Part shown: positions 51,582-64,000 of the stretch, piece after piece
Position numbering within the stretch: position 1 is the stretch's first letter
Layout of the letters: every line of letters begins with the position of its first letter
Origin: Ginglymostoma cirratum
Taxonomy: Eukaryota
DNA length: 64,000 bases
Reading direction: 5' to 3'
Assembly (NCBI GenBank): GCA_024137785.1
Contig: JAHRHZ010000107.1
Location: forward strand, 124,001-188,000
Notes under the pieces: model-generated
What the model was told of the DNA's origin: nothing
What the model saw: only the letters and a program-made list of their open reading frames with translations
The model's database searches: none
Made by a program: the position numbers and the translations under genes

Positions 51582-54428
51582 AGAAACTTTAAAATGGACA
51601 ACACTTCTTGGAATGAAACAACTTTAAAACACAGCACACGGGTAGTAGATAGACAGAAGAATCGATAATATCGAACAAGTATGCCGCCTCAAGCAGTGTC
51701 ATTAACGCTCATATAAAGAATGGAGGGGTTGGCCCTCTTGTGGTCGAGTGGTAATATCGTTACCCCTGGGCCAAGAAGCCCACATTTAATTCTAGCCTGT
51801 TGCCGAGTTGTGTAATGACTTATCGAAACAGGTTGAAAGAGAAAAATAGGTTAGCTGAAAAATTATATTGAAAAAAGAGCTTCATTGCACAATTAACTCT
51901 TGAGAGTGAGCTATCTTTAGACAACAATGAATGAATGTGTTCACAAAATTTTGAATCGTGTTTGCTCCAGCCAACTGCTTGATGCTTCTCTTTTCAGTCC
52001 AGCTTGAGTGGTTGCTGACAGTCAACTAACAGGTACACCGAAATGCAACCTCACCAGTTAAAGAGTGGAACTCATGTTTCTTTGAATTATCATGTAGATT
52101 TCAAGCATCCTATTATTCAGTATGATTCCCTGTGATGGCGCAAAAAATGACGAATAATTCTGCTGTTGACATAAATAATTCATACAAACTCCTGAATTAG
52201 GTTAAATTCCTATTATCTGCTTAGTTCATTGATCTGAACGGATTTTGTTGTGGACCGTGGAACCGCCAATTTATGTCCGAAAGAAATGAACAACAAGGCA
52301 TCAATTTTTCAACACTGATCTCTGGTACACGGGTCTGTGATCAAGGGAACAGATTACTGGGCTGCAAAAACCTTCTGTCATTCACTTACCGATAATCATT
52401 GAATAAATTTGCGTGAAACACTAGCTGAGGTCACAAAGGGATGCCAGCAAATCACATACAACAGTGAAAAAGAAGAAAGATGAATCTGAGCAAATTCTGC
52501 CCACAGATGCAGTCACAAACATTGATCAGGAAAAATTCCGTTTGTTGAGCACCCATGCACTGAAATAACAAACTACCAGAAGCCCACGCATTGATTTCGG
52601 ATTGTTGAAGATTCTTTGAAAGTTGAACTGGGATAGACTTATATGAGTTATATACAATCCCTCTGAGGGGTCTTGGTGGAAATGAACGTATAGTGCTCTT
52701 GCAAAGGTCAGGGCCGAATGGGAATCTTAGTCACTTGCTGTAGAATAGGCTACACATTTTTTTTTCCTTGTTGAATAACTAAGACTGTTCAGTCAAGACA
52801 AGATTCCTCAAAGACATTTTAACACCACCTTATATCAATATGAAATGTCACTTTCTTTTCTACAGTGATGGAAGAAATTCACTTGAAATTGTGCTAATTT
52901 TCAGTTTAGAATTTCGGGGTGGGGGAAGATTTCCCTATTAAAATCATATCGTCTGTACACAGAACATTTTGAAATTTAAAAAGCCATTGTTAAATCTTCG
53001 ATTTCGGTTTTTAACACGTGCACAAGATTCATTTCAACGCGATCAGTTTTCTCACAGCATCATTTCTCCGCCCCAAGTTCAGTTTTACTACTGAGAAGAT
53101 ACTACGTTTTGAACATGCAGTTATCATCAAGGCTCTTCAGATGGAACTGATCTTGTAACATAAAATATGTCCACATTATATAATCAAGAAATTATAACAT
53201 AGTCTGACTGTGCTCAGGTTGCCAACCCACAAATTCACGTTAACCGTCTGTCAGGTTGAATGGAAAGTCGGTGGAAGACATTAAATCAGGAAAGCCAGAG
53301 ATAATCAAGTATTCAGACTGAAAGTTTGGAATGCGAGCCAGTAGTATTTATCAACACAGGAGTAGTTTCTGCAATTTTTCTCCCCACCCATCAAACCTAG
53401 TATCACTGAAGAAATGCAAAAGTTTTACGAAATGCAAACAAAATAAAATGATTCGATTCGAAATGCATGACAGACACGGAGCATCCGTCCTCACAAGAGA
53501 TGTTAGAAATTGTAGAGTTCACAGTTTCTACAAATATGACAAAGGCTGTAACATTTAGAGTGACAATACAAGCAAAATATTCAAGAATCTTCTTTTCATT
53601 TGTTTTTTTTTCCATTATGCACAAAGAAAGTAAATGTAACTGTATTAAAAACGACCATTTTGCTTTAAAAACCTAGAAGCATGCTTTCCCACGTCTTATA
53701 CGTCCCTTCAACGTTGGCAAAATACCGACAGCTGTGAGTTTTGACTTTTCTCAGTATTAAAGTTGAGATGTCAGAGATACGAGCTGACAATATTTTAAAT
53801 TGCCTCACTTCACACTCTTAAAATAATAACTATTGCAACACCCATCATCAGAGAACGCCCTGACCTGACCTGAATTGTGCAGTCAGAATCTCTTTTTTAA
53901 AATAAAAGATTCTGCCGAGGAAATAGAACAACACAATCATGTCAAAGGGTGCAAACGATCAAAATACATAATAACATCAGGGGAATTTCTCCATTCGTTG
54001 GTCGGATGCGGTGAAAATAACTTTAGTTGTGGAATAGGGGATATTTATGACATGTTTTTCCTCATCTGCTATTGTATTCTGACAAATGCAGTCCAGGCTG
54101 CAGCAACTATCTTCTGGCATCAATAACTGCAAAACGTAAGCGTGTGCAACACCAGAGCAGAAACAATTAGGCCCCGGTATGCCCAAGTCAGAACAATTTC
54201 CAAATTGTGCAATAACATATTGCAAATATTACCAAAGGAGCATCCACAGCAGGCACAGCGAATGAAAACAACGTGAACAGGAGGACACAGCATCTAATTA
54301 ACTCAGCCGAAACAATCTGAGAAAGCAGATAACAGATTGCAGTAAGTAAACTTATTCCCACCTCTTGTAGTATTTTGTAATTTATTTCAAGATTGCAGCC
54401 TGAAAAATGTGTTCCTTATTCTTTCCAG

Positions 54429-54749
54429 TTGATTGCCGTCAGACAGACATTTCTGTCAGTATACTGAAGCCTCCGTTTGAAGAGATTTGGACACAACAGA
54501 CAGCGACCATTGTTTGCAAAATCGTTTACAGCGACTTAGAAAACATCAAAGTTTTCTGGCAAGTGAATGGGGTTGAGAGAAAGAAAGGAGTCGAGACGCA
54601 GAATCCCGAGTGGAGCGGAAGTAAATCCACCATTGTGAGCAAACTCAAAGTCATGGCGTCGGAGTGGGACAGTGGTACCGAATATGTTTGCTTGGTAGAA
54701 GACAGTGAATTGCCAACACCAGTGAAAGCCTCTATCAGGAAGGCAAACG
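54429..54749 (+). CDS. IgNAR: IgNAR constant exon C4
   Basis: Acceptor ctttccag; VDCRQTDISVSILKPPFEEIWTQQTATIVCKIVYSDLENIKVFW...EWDSGTEYVCLVEDSELPTPVKASIRKAN; donor G|GTAAGT; N-terminal extra Cys as in known IgNAR C4. Confidence 0.96.
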
Positions 54750-55294
54750 GTAAGTGGGGATAATACTGCAATAAGAACAAAAAGAATGGATGCCTGAAAT
54801 CTGAAATGAAAGAAGGTGCAGTAGAAATTGAGCCGGACTGGCTGAATCTGTGGAGATAGAAGGAGAATGAACCTTTCCAGTCCAGTATGTTTCCTTCCAG
54901 AAAAGGGTTGTGAATGTTACTGTTGAGATAAAACTGGCTCATTGTCTTATCCAATGTATAAATATTTTTGCAAATCAACGTTTTTTCTTTTGCATTAAAT
55001 GACCAGAAGACTAACAGTTCTGGCTCATGCCGTTCTGCAAAAGTATGACAACGAGCATGATGACCTATGAGTAGCTGAATCATTTGCACCCTTAGAGCGG
55101 CAGTCCTTTCAAAAATGTGATGCTCTGCAAGATCGAAACTACCACTGAAGTGACATAACGTTCTCGAGCATTCAGAGATATTTGTACAGTCTTACAGATC
55201 GGAAATATTTTATCAAGCACATGCATTACTCGCAAAGAAATTCTGATGCAGATATAAGACTGTCTGAGTTAAACAAATATCTTTCTCTTTGCAG

Positions 55295-55677
55295 TCAGCC
55301 AAATGCATCCTCCCAAGGTTTATCTCCTGCATCCATCGACGGACGAGATTGACACTGAGAATTCGGCTACCCTGATGTGTCTAGCCACCAACTTTTACCC
55401 AGCTGAGATTTATGTTGGTTGGATGGCAAATGACACTCTTTTGGATTCTGGGTACCGGACACAAGTAGACAGCGAGAAGGAGAATGGTTCCAGCTTCGTT
55501 ACCAGCAGTTTGACACTCACAGCGGCGGAATGGAACAGTGACACCACTTACTCCTGCTTAGTGGGACATCCGTCCCTAAAGCGGGATTTAATCAGAAGTA
55601 CAAATAAATCTCACGGTAAACCGTCGTTAGTTAACGTTTCAGTCGTACTAAGCGACACTGTTAAATCCTGCACATAA
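55295..55677 (+). CDS. IgNAR: IgNAR constant exon C5 plus secretory tailpiece
   Basis: Acceptor tctctttgcag; VSQMHPPKVYLLHPSTDEIDTENSATLMC...YSCLVGHPSL...; tail GKPSLVNVSVVLSDTVKSCT* with NVS sequon and penultimate Cys; internal donor G|GTAAA at 55616 for TM splicing. Confidence 0.96.
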
Positions 55678-55998
55678 CTTGCGGTGATTGATGATTTGAT
55701 TCCCACAAGATAGGTTAATGTTGTTGTTGCGAAAAAAAACACTGTTTAAGCAACTGAACCAAGGCATTTCAATTCATTGCACGCAATAATCACATTTCCG
55801 ATCAGTGAACATTTCTGGAAAAAGAAAATAGCCATTGTTTCAAATTCTATCTGTTGGTGAAAGATAATTATTGTTAGATACTGAAATGCAAGTGCAACAT
55901 TGCCAGTGTAATCGTTCTGAAGATAACTTGAAGCTTTCACTCCGGTACTGAAAGAACAGGAAGTTATGTTTCAGTCTGTATGTGCCTCTAATAATTGC

Positions 55999-56004
55999 AA
56001 TAAA
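55999..56004 (+). terminator. Candidate polyA signal of the secretory transcript
   Basis: First AATAAA I found after the tailpiece stop, followed by T/GT-rich sequence. Confidence 0.55.
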
Positions 56005-57159
56005 TGCAGAATGAAAACTTTTTGACTTACTTATTCTTGGTTTGCATATACTGCTGTAGTGACATTGAATTCTAGTCCACAGCTTTGGTGTTGCATCCCC
56101 ACAAGGATCTACACTTGAGCCCTCATCCAGCCTAGCCTCCAAGCAGGCCCCGATGAATATCATGTGAACTCAAACTCCATTTCGACACTGATATCACATA
56201 ATTCTCTCTCACAATAGCCTGTTTCTTCTCTCTGCGTATGGCCAGTACCTACTGAGATGTGACCACAAAATAAAATAGTGCAGAATCCAAAAACATTATC
56301 CTCAGTTCTGACTACAAACCCAGGTTGTGACTCATCCATACCAATGAGCTCTTCAGCCATTTCCTGTTGTAAGAGGTTTTCTTTACTGACTTGACATTCT
56401 ACTTAAATGTAATGAATGTCCAAGCCTATCGCTCAACCCGACAGATGGTTGCTGTTTCTTCTGGTTTATCTGCTTTCGACAAGCTTAACCAGTCCTATTG
56501 TGTCTTTCGACCTGACTGTTTAGCTTCTCATTGTCTGCTCTACAGCTTCCACTCTACACAGTCTTAAATTGACACAAAACTCAGTTACATAGCATACAAA
56601 TTCGCAGCAGTTCCCATTAATTCCTCACCACCATACTCACTCAACCACTCTCAACAATATCCGTGAATGTTTCCCTTACAAAAATATTCCTGACTCATCA
56701 AAATTCCTCCAATTTCTCTTCCATCACTATTGATGTGATCCCTTCCCACTTTGCTTGACCAATCCTTCTGAACACATGCTGTTCTAGACTGTAATGCATT
56801 CAGAATTTTACTGCCACCATCATGTCCATCCAAGGACACCCAGTTCTCCAAATTGGTGATTGTCCAGCCTTACCTTCACTTAACAAGTCTTGCTAAATAT
56901 TCAAACACAGTGATGTCTAATCCACTCGCACAGTATCACTACTGTATCCCCACAAGTCTTTGTGCTTCGAACCTCATCGATGTAAAACCTACATGCTGTC
57001 TCTGACTAATGATGCGAATTCGGAGTCCAACGACACAATGAAAATATAGACTTGCAGTATTAAAATGGATCCAAATCTATTATCAGTAAGCTGATCCATT
57101 AACTTCTGTAATGGCCTTATGGTATTTACAACCTGTGTACCAAGCAGACCATTTTAAAA

Positions 57160-57330
57160 GCATCAGCAGGTCTGACAGCATTTGTGGAGAACATTTCTGG
57201 TCGAGTGACCTTCTTCAGAACCTCTGAGGAAGGGTCACTGGAACAGAAACGTTAACCCTGATTTCTCTCCACAGATGCTGCCAGATGTGCTGAACTTTTC
57301 CAGCCAATTCTGATTTCGTTTCAGATTTAC
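57160..57330. mobile_element. Palindromic Penelope-derived element with back-to-back hammerhead-like cores
   Basis: Minus strand CTGAAGA-AGGTCACTCGACCA-GAAA; plus strand CTGAGGA(57224-57230)-AGGGTCACTGGAACA-GAAA-CGTT; right arm resembles 2705..2800. Confidence 0.65.
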
Positions 57331-59279
57331 ATCTTTCGCAGAATTTTTGAATTTTATTTAAATTATTATGCTGAACTTTCGCACACAACAAGGTGAAACC
57401 AATGGAGCAGTAGGGGTAATTAGTTGGCAGGATGGTGTCCAGGTTGTCGTGCACCTACTGCCCTTCTTCCCCGAGAAGACCGCTATTTTAAAATGGTGGA
57501 AGAAAATCTTTTGCAAAAATTCTGCCACATTCAGAATCGACAAGGCACAAATTTCGCATTGACTGTTCTGATCTCAGTTTATTGTGCAGCAGGTGTGCTG
57601 AATAGATTCCAAGGGAGGAATACAAAGGAATGTAGTTCTGAAATTTAGGCATGGTTACGAAACTCTACAGTCGTAATTAGGGACGAGATAGCACGCTCAG
57701 GTCATCTACTTTGGTGAACATACAGGTCTGACCCGCTGTTCGTGAAGGTGATGAAGCTTTGGACATTTAGCAGTTGTCGCTGTTCCATGACATGAGCTAT
57801 TTATTGCCAGAGGATTGTATTACCAAGGGAGAAAATTCGGTTTGCTCTTCTATTTGACATCTTTCCATGCTGTAGGGCATTTCTGTGAGAAGATAAGTCT
57901 GTTCAATGTTATTTTATAACGGTTTGTGCTGGATTGGTGATTGTAGAGTCGATCTTCTGTTGACTATTCTGTGTCTCCTTATGTCAGGCTGTCTCTGAAT
58001 GGGAAAATATCTATAATGTGGTATCAATCCATGTCGTGTCTGTTTCATTAAATTAGAGAAACACTGTGCTGTCGATCGTCCCACTAGCCCGTACTGGTGG
58101 ATGTGTCCGTGAGTAGAATGGATTCCTTAGGCCAAGTCATGAGTTATCTAAACATGTTAAGCAACGCCTGTCAATTGCAGAATGATGCTGCTGCTGGAAA
58201 TGGAATCTGTGCATGCACAGTCTTGTGTGATTCATGAACGAAACAAATTGCTAAACTATTGTGTGTGATATCTGATCATGGTCAAAAGTATCTCCTTTTT
58301 TGAAGGATCAGTGGCTTTACGTACTGGAGTTTGTTGGTGAACTGTATAATTCACCATGCTATGTGCGCTATTTGAAGCACAACTTGTGGATTAGGCAGAG
58401 CCATAAAAAAAAGTTTCTGGACTTGCCTTCTCTCTGCTTCGCAAGTACTCGATCAGGCTCCACAGTGCCAAAATATCTGCCTCTTGCCATCTGAACTCCA
58501 CTGTCTGTTCCTTACTAACTCGAAGCTAACTCACATAACTCACTGAAGTCCTGACATGAATTACACACAAATAAATTAAAATTCCATGCTTTTGTGTTGA
58601 GGTGGATGCCAGATGCAGCTGCTGTTGAGAATCTTTTGCAGATCAATTCAAACTGGAAAGGCAGTGATAGACTAAGACCCTGGATGTGAACAGCGAATTC
58701 ATATGTGAAATAGTTCAGTCAGTACGACACTTCTGCAATCATGATTGTATTGGATGAAAAAATTCAACTGCCCGAATACATCACGAGCACTGATTTCTCC
58801 GCATGAACTAGACTGATGTGAATTCCAAAATTCTTGATTGCGGATATTATACTGGCATTAATTAAGATTTAGTTAATTTGAAGAAAACACAATCAGTCTA
58901 AAAAGAATAAACAAAGTATCATTCTCTTGTTAGAGAATTGTTAAAAGTGAGATATCACAAGGAACAACACTTCCGCACGCGTTGTTCATAATCTATGTCA
59001 ATGACAATGATGACACAACGTGATATTTCCAGCATTATGAGTGGAACATATCTATGTTTGTTGTGATGAGAAAACGAGGAGGCTCCAAGCTTATATGGAC
59101 AACCTGATGTCTGGGCAAGAAGAGAGCAGATGCATTATTTTGTAGATTATGTGTGAGGTTATACACTGTGGTACGGCGATCTGAGAAAAGGAATATTTCT
59201 TAAAGGCCAAGAGATTGGGAATTGTTGGTTCTAAAAGGAACTTGTAAGTCCGAATAGATTAGTAATTGAAAGCTAACAC

Positions 59280-60072
59280 ATCCAAGAATGAGATAGAGTG
59301 CTTAACGACATGGAGTACAGACAACAATCTCTCCATCAATGTCAACAAAATGAAGGAGCCGACCATTGACTTGAGGAAGCAGAGTAAAGAGCGCGCCCCT
59401 GTCTGCATCAGAAGTGCTGCGGTGGAGAAGGTCGAAAGCGTCAAGGTTCTAGGAGCGATGATCACCAACAATCTATCCTGGTTCACTCACGTCGAATGAA
59501 TGTCCAAGAAATCACAACAATATCTCTACTTCCTGAGGACACTCAGAAAATTCGGCATGTCCACAAGGACTCAAATGAATTGTTACATATGCACCACAGA
59601 ACACATTACATCTGGATGCATCACAGCTCAGTTTGGAAACTCCTCTTCCCACAACAGCAAGAAACCAGAAGAGTCGTGAGCACATCCCAGCCTTCCATCC
59701 AATGACTTCATCTATACTTCCTTCCACCTTGGGAAAGCAACCAATGTAATCAAACACCACTCTCATATCTGTCATACTCTGTTCCACACTGTTCCATCGG
59801 TTAGAAAATATAAACATTTGCATACATGTACGAATAGATTCAAGAAAACATTCTTCCCCACTGCTCTAAGACTTCTGAAAGGAACTCTCAAAATTTTAAA
59901 TTAAATTTGGTCTCTCCCTATGTATCTTGTCTGCAGCCATAGCAATTTATTTTCGCTCCGTTTGATGACCCTATATTCTTTGTACAATACGATCTGCCTG
60001 TACTGCACGCAAAACAAAACAATTCACTGTACTTAGGTACAGGTGACAATAATGAAACTTATCAAATCAAAT
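59280..60072 (+). mobile_element. Rex1/Babar-type LINE 3' region
   Basis: W..DNNLSINVNKMKE..IDLRK..APVCI...VEKVESVKVLG..ITNNLSW; tail atcaaatcaaat. Confidence 0.7.
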
Positions 60073-61506
60073 TGAAGAGTAAGCAATGAAGAAAGTCGAT
60101 GTTTTAAGGATATTCATTGCAGGAAAAATTTGAATACATTCGTATATCTTGATTCAAATTTGCAGTTTTCGTAAAATTGCACCAAATATAGTACACAATC
60201 TTCCGTTCACTTAAATAAGTATACACTTTCCTTCAGATGAAATGCAACAGACATCTTGATCTCAAATATGTGACATTTTAGCTTTGTCTTATGACAAGAG
60301 TTTGAAGATGCTGGATCCTTAGGCTCAGCAAATGGAATAATGAGAGATATACCATTCATTAAACATGTTCAAGACAGTGTACGATTGATTTCCAGATGTT
60401 AATGACATTGGTAGAAATGTGGATATATAGCAAAATAGCACGAAGTAAATGATCAGCCACCATCCAGAATGTGAATCAGTCTCAAGAAGCTGAGTGGTCT
60501 GTTTCCGCTCCTATGTTTCTATGTTCCTCTGGTCACAACAGCAGAAAACATTAAAAAACAAGATAATATTAGCAAAAAGGAGATTAGAAAAGCAAAGGCA
60601 AGATGCAGGAAAAGAAAAGCTGGAAAAGTCAAAGAATACCTAAATATGTTTTCTTGGGTTTTTTTAATGTGTTGCAGTTAATAAAGAAAGTGTTGCGTCT
60701 TAGAGAAATGGGCATCGTAAGATTTTTACAGAATAGCTTGTCTTCACAAAGGAGAGAGTTGACACAGACAATGTAATTAAAAAGGAGTACAGTAAAATAT
60801 TAAACAAAATAATAATGTGAAAGAAAGCAATGGGGAGACTAACCTCCTTGAAAGCGTTTCAATGTCTCGGGGTAAAAGGAAACCAGTGAGGAAATAACAG
60901 CTGTTCAAAGAATAATTTATCACTTCTCACGAGATACATGTGAGGTGCCAGAGAATTGTAAGTCATCAAATATTGTTCCAGTATCGGAAGTGGTTTGACA
61001 GTGGACCAGATAGTCATAGGTCAGTTAGTTTGAACTCCACGGAGGGCAAGTTAAGAGAAACAATATTTAGAGATCAGATGTAATGCCTCGGAAAAAAGTC
61101 ATGGACGAATCAGAGAATATTTGCATGAATTTGTGAAGTGAATATTGTATCCTCCGAAGTTAACTGATTTTTTGGTGGGGTAGGAACAAGGTGATTCATG
61201 GAGATAGTTCTGTGGGTGATGTCTAAATAGACATAGTGAGGTGATGGACGAGGTCCAACGTGGAAGACTGTTCTGAAAAATTAAGCCCATGGGATACAGG
61301 CGAATGTGACCAGTTTGGATACAAAACTATGACATCGACAGGTAACAAAGGTTCATACTGGGGAATTTGTTTTTGTGTGAAAAATCCACATGTAAAGTAC
61401 ATCGATGAAATTTTTGTTATCCGCACATTTGATCGCATTTTCAAAAAAATTCAAAAAAAAGTTAGGTACGACGTCACTCTGACAAAGATGCGCTGACTAT
61501 TGTCTG

Positions 61507-61872
61507 GGATAAAAGGTACTGCAGATGCTGGAGGATACGAGAGAACAAGGTATGGGGCTGGATGAACACAGCAGGCCAAGCAGCATCAGAGGAGCAGGAA
61601 AGCTTGACGTTTTAGGCCTCGACCCTTCAGAAGAAAAAATTTTCAGATGGAGGGTCTAGGCCCGAAACGTCAAGCTTTCCTGCTCCTATGATGCTGCTTG
61701 GCCTGCTGTGTGCAATCAGCCCCACACCTTGTTATCTCGGATTCTCCAGCATCTGCAGTACCTTTTATCTCTGATCCAATTTTAACCCCACTGCGAAGCC
61801 TCTTCTAAGGATGCCTACCCTGAAGAAGTTACCCTCCTCCCTCTGGACAAACCTCACGGAATCTCTCTCCCA
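61507..61872 (+). mobile_element. Non-autonomous Penelope-derived element: inverted plus direct pseudo-LTR (about 260-bp hairpin) with 3' extension and 14-bp TSD
   Basis: 61508-61630 is the reverse complement of about 61643-61769; CTGACTATTGTCTG at 61493-61506 and 61873-61886. Confidence 0.8.
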
Positions 61873-62090
61873 CTGACTATTGTCTGCCCTCTTTTGCTTG
61901 TTCTCACAATTATGCCACTGTGTCATGAATGTCCCATGATGGAGCATTAATTCCATTTTCAAGTTCACTCAGTCGAAAAATAATGTGTTACATCTGTCAT
62001 AATTGCCAGTGCAATTGTATTCTAGAACCTTTGTTGAGATTGTTTTCTCAATGTGGCTAGTTTATAACAATATTCATCTTTTGATTGCAG

Positions 62091-62248
62091 ACACCCCTGA
62101 AATAATGGAAAGCCCGGAAGACTATGGCACAGAAGAAGATGAACTAGAAAATGTTAATGAAGATGCCAACAGTTCATTATCCATCGTGACTTTCGAGATC
62201 TTGTTTATTCTCAGTATGCTGTACAGCACATTTGTAACTGTGCTTAAG
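62091..62248 (+). CDS. IgNAR: IgNAR transmembrane exon TM1
   Basis: Acceptor ttttgattgcag; acidic spacer DTPEIMESPEDYGTEEDELENVNEDANSSLS, then TFEILFILSMLYSTFVTVLK (antigen-receptor TM motif TFxxLFxLSxxYSTxVT); phase-0 donor AAG|GTAATA. Confidence 0.92.
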
Positions 62249-62844
62249 GTAATAACACATTTCAATAGCAATGCTTTCGGAGCTGAGAAGTTGCTAATCT
62301 TCACCTCGTAATGCATACATTTTACTGAAGAATAGATGCTCCTATACAACAGAATGAAATTGGACTTGACTGATTAACTGTCTTCTTGAATATATCTCCT
62401 AGATAGAATGATTGCACGGAAGAATGAATGCAAACATAAAATACTGTGGTATTTAGAAACAAAAATATGTCAGTAATGGGATAATGCTTAATTGTGAGCC
62501 TCGGCTCATAGAAGGACATAATACAGGGTAAAAAAAGATTTGGTTCGTACTTATTGGTAATAAATCAGGCACAGTGAAATGTATTGAGACAAGAGGGTAT
62601 GAATGAAACAAATAGATTGAAAAGAGTTCACAAATAACTGTTTTGAAATGATTCAGCATCTCCGCAATGGAATGAGGAAAACATCAGTTAATGAAGGATC
62701 AGCGACAGATCAGTGTGAAGATACTGGGAAAGCATGGGTATGTTTGCATACAAAAATGACAGGCGAATTGATTTGTAACATGCAAGGTTTTTTTCCAGGA
62801 CTTGGCAGGATAAATGCAGAGAACTGTTTATCCTGGAGGGAGAG

Positions 62845-63320
62845 TCATAGGCTCATGAAACACGGAAGAGGAACTTCGACCCATCGAGTCTGCACCGACC
62901 TAAATACTCCAATCCCACCTTCCAGCATTTGCATTGAATGTTATGATAATTCAATTGCTCATCGACGTTCATATCAAAGGTCTACTCCCTTCCCAGGCTG
63001 TGTATTCCGGATTCCTATCACTGTCTGGATGAACAAATATTGCCTCAAATTTACTCTAACCCACCCGCCCTTCATTTTACAATTATGTCTCTCCCTCATT
63101 GACCATTCAACTCTGGGAAACAATAGTTTCTTACCTACCCTGTCCATGCCTCCCATAATCATATACAGCTCAACTACGTCCCCATTTGTTTTACCTTTTA
63201 AGGAAACGTACAGCCAATCTTCGTAACTAGAATGCTTCGGGTGTGGTGAATCTCTTAGACACTCCCTCTATTGCAACCACAACCTTCCTATTGTTTGGCG
63301 AGCAGAACTACACACAGTTA
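62845..63320 (-). mobile_element. CR1 3' fragment
   Basis: Minus-strand translation IMGGMDRVGKKLLFPRVE; accctgtccatgcctcccataat; gagcagaactacacacagt. Confidence 0.6.
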
Positions 63321-64000
63321 TCTGCTGTGGCCTAATCGAAGTTTTGTATAGCTCCAATATAACCGCCCTGGTCGTAACCCTAACCCTAACACGACACAAT
63401 ATATCCTGATAAAGTTGAGTGTCCAGACGCATTCATTAAAAAAAAGTGGCCAACGACATCCGCACAATGTTGAGAATGCGAATTCAATACCTCCAGCATC
63501 CTTTCTTTGAGGGAATGTTTCATCACATCTCTCCAAACAGGTTAGCGTTAAATATATTATTATCCCTCACAGTTGTGTAGTGTGTGATCAACAACATCAA
63601 TATCATCATCAGATAATGAGATGTAGTTACTACCTCAAAACATCATTTTCATCCATCTCAAGAATTGTCTTATTTCACTTAATTTCTCGAAGAGCTAATT
63701 TCAGCCACCTTGAATAATTGATCTTTGAATGAATTTCAGCCTAAACGCTGCAACCAACCCTCATGCGTTTCAGATGTTTAGGCATTGCATCGTTCTGGTG
63801 ACTCAGTGTAATGGACAATTTATGACAAATGCATCCACCTTGCAGTAAGGTCTGTCGAACCAAACACAAAATTAAGAGTTGTATGTAATTATAACAGAAT
63901 GTCTCGCTCTTTGCGTCTCATACACACACAGTCTTGAATTCGAAATCAGCGTTTTGTTCATGAAAAAGGAACAATACAGACGTTCTGCAGAAAGGTCACT

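Noticed and set aside
63573-63587. Possible TM2 exon after the acceptor-like tatccctcacag (LCSV*)
   Set aside because: Does not resemble the expected very short Val-Lys-type cytoplasmic tail and has no other support. TM2 was not identified and may lie outside the window.
1-64000. CRISPR arrays, rRNA, prokaryotic operons or a class-switch repeat region
   Set aside because: Vertebrate DNA with no regularly spaced repeat-spacer array, and no tandem switch-like repeats seen in the J-C intron.

Overview
Eukaryotic, repeat-rich DNA from a cartilaginous fish, most likely a carpet shark of the nurse/bamboo shark group (inferred from the IgNAR protein sequence and shark-type SINEs). The only real gene is one IgNAR (heavy-chain-only antibody) cluster on the + strand. 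Its order is: octamer/CCAAT/TATA promoter (about 38.86-38.91 kb), leader (39000-39042), unrearranged V (39177-39444), only two D segments (39709-39727, 40118-40129), J (40510-40557), C1 (49153-49473), C2 cut by a 10-N gap that probably also hides C3, C4 (54429-54749), C5 plus secretory tail (55295-55677) and TM1 (62091-62248). All RSSs can be read and fit the 12/23 rule. CDR1 'DTSCAWDS' (Cys plus Trp) and the two-D layout identify the neonatal type III IgNAR locus. The most unusual feature is a perfect 187-bp copy of the last D segment, with both 12-RSSs, about 1.1 kb upstream of the leader. Any RAG use of it would delete or invert V, so it is a candidate locus-inactivating element, unless it is an assembly artefact. 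Also notable are stop codons bracketing the Cys-encoding frame of D1, a Glu inside the TM helix, and short Penelope-derived elements carrying hammerhead-like cores, several of them palindromic and four with 9-15 bp target-site duplications. The rest is decayed CR1, Rex/Babar and Penelope retroelements plus V-SINEs and DeuSINEs. Most ORFs in the track are spurious. Repeat boundaries are approximate unless a TSD is given.
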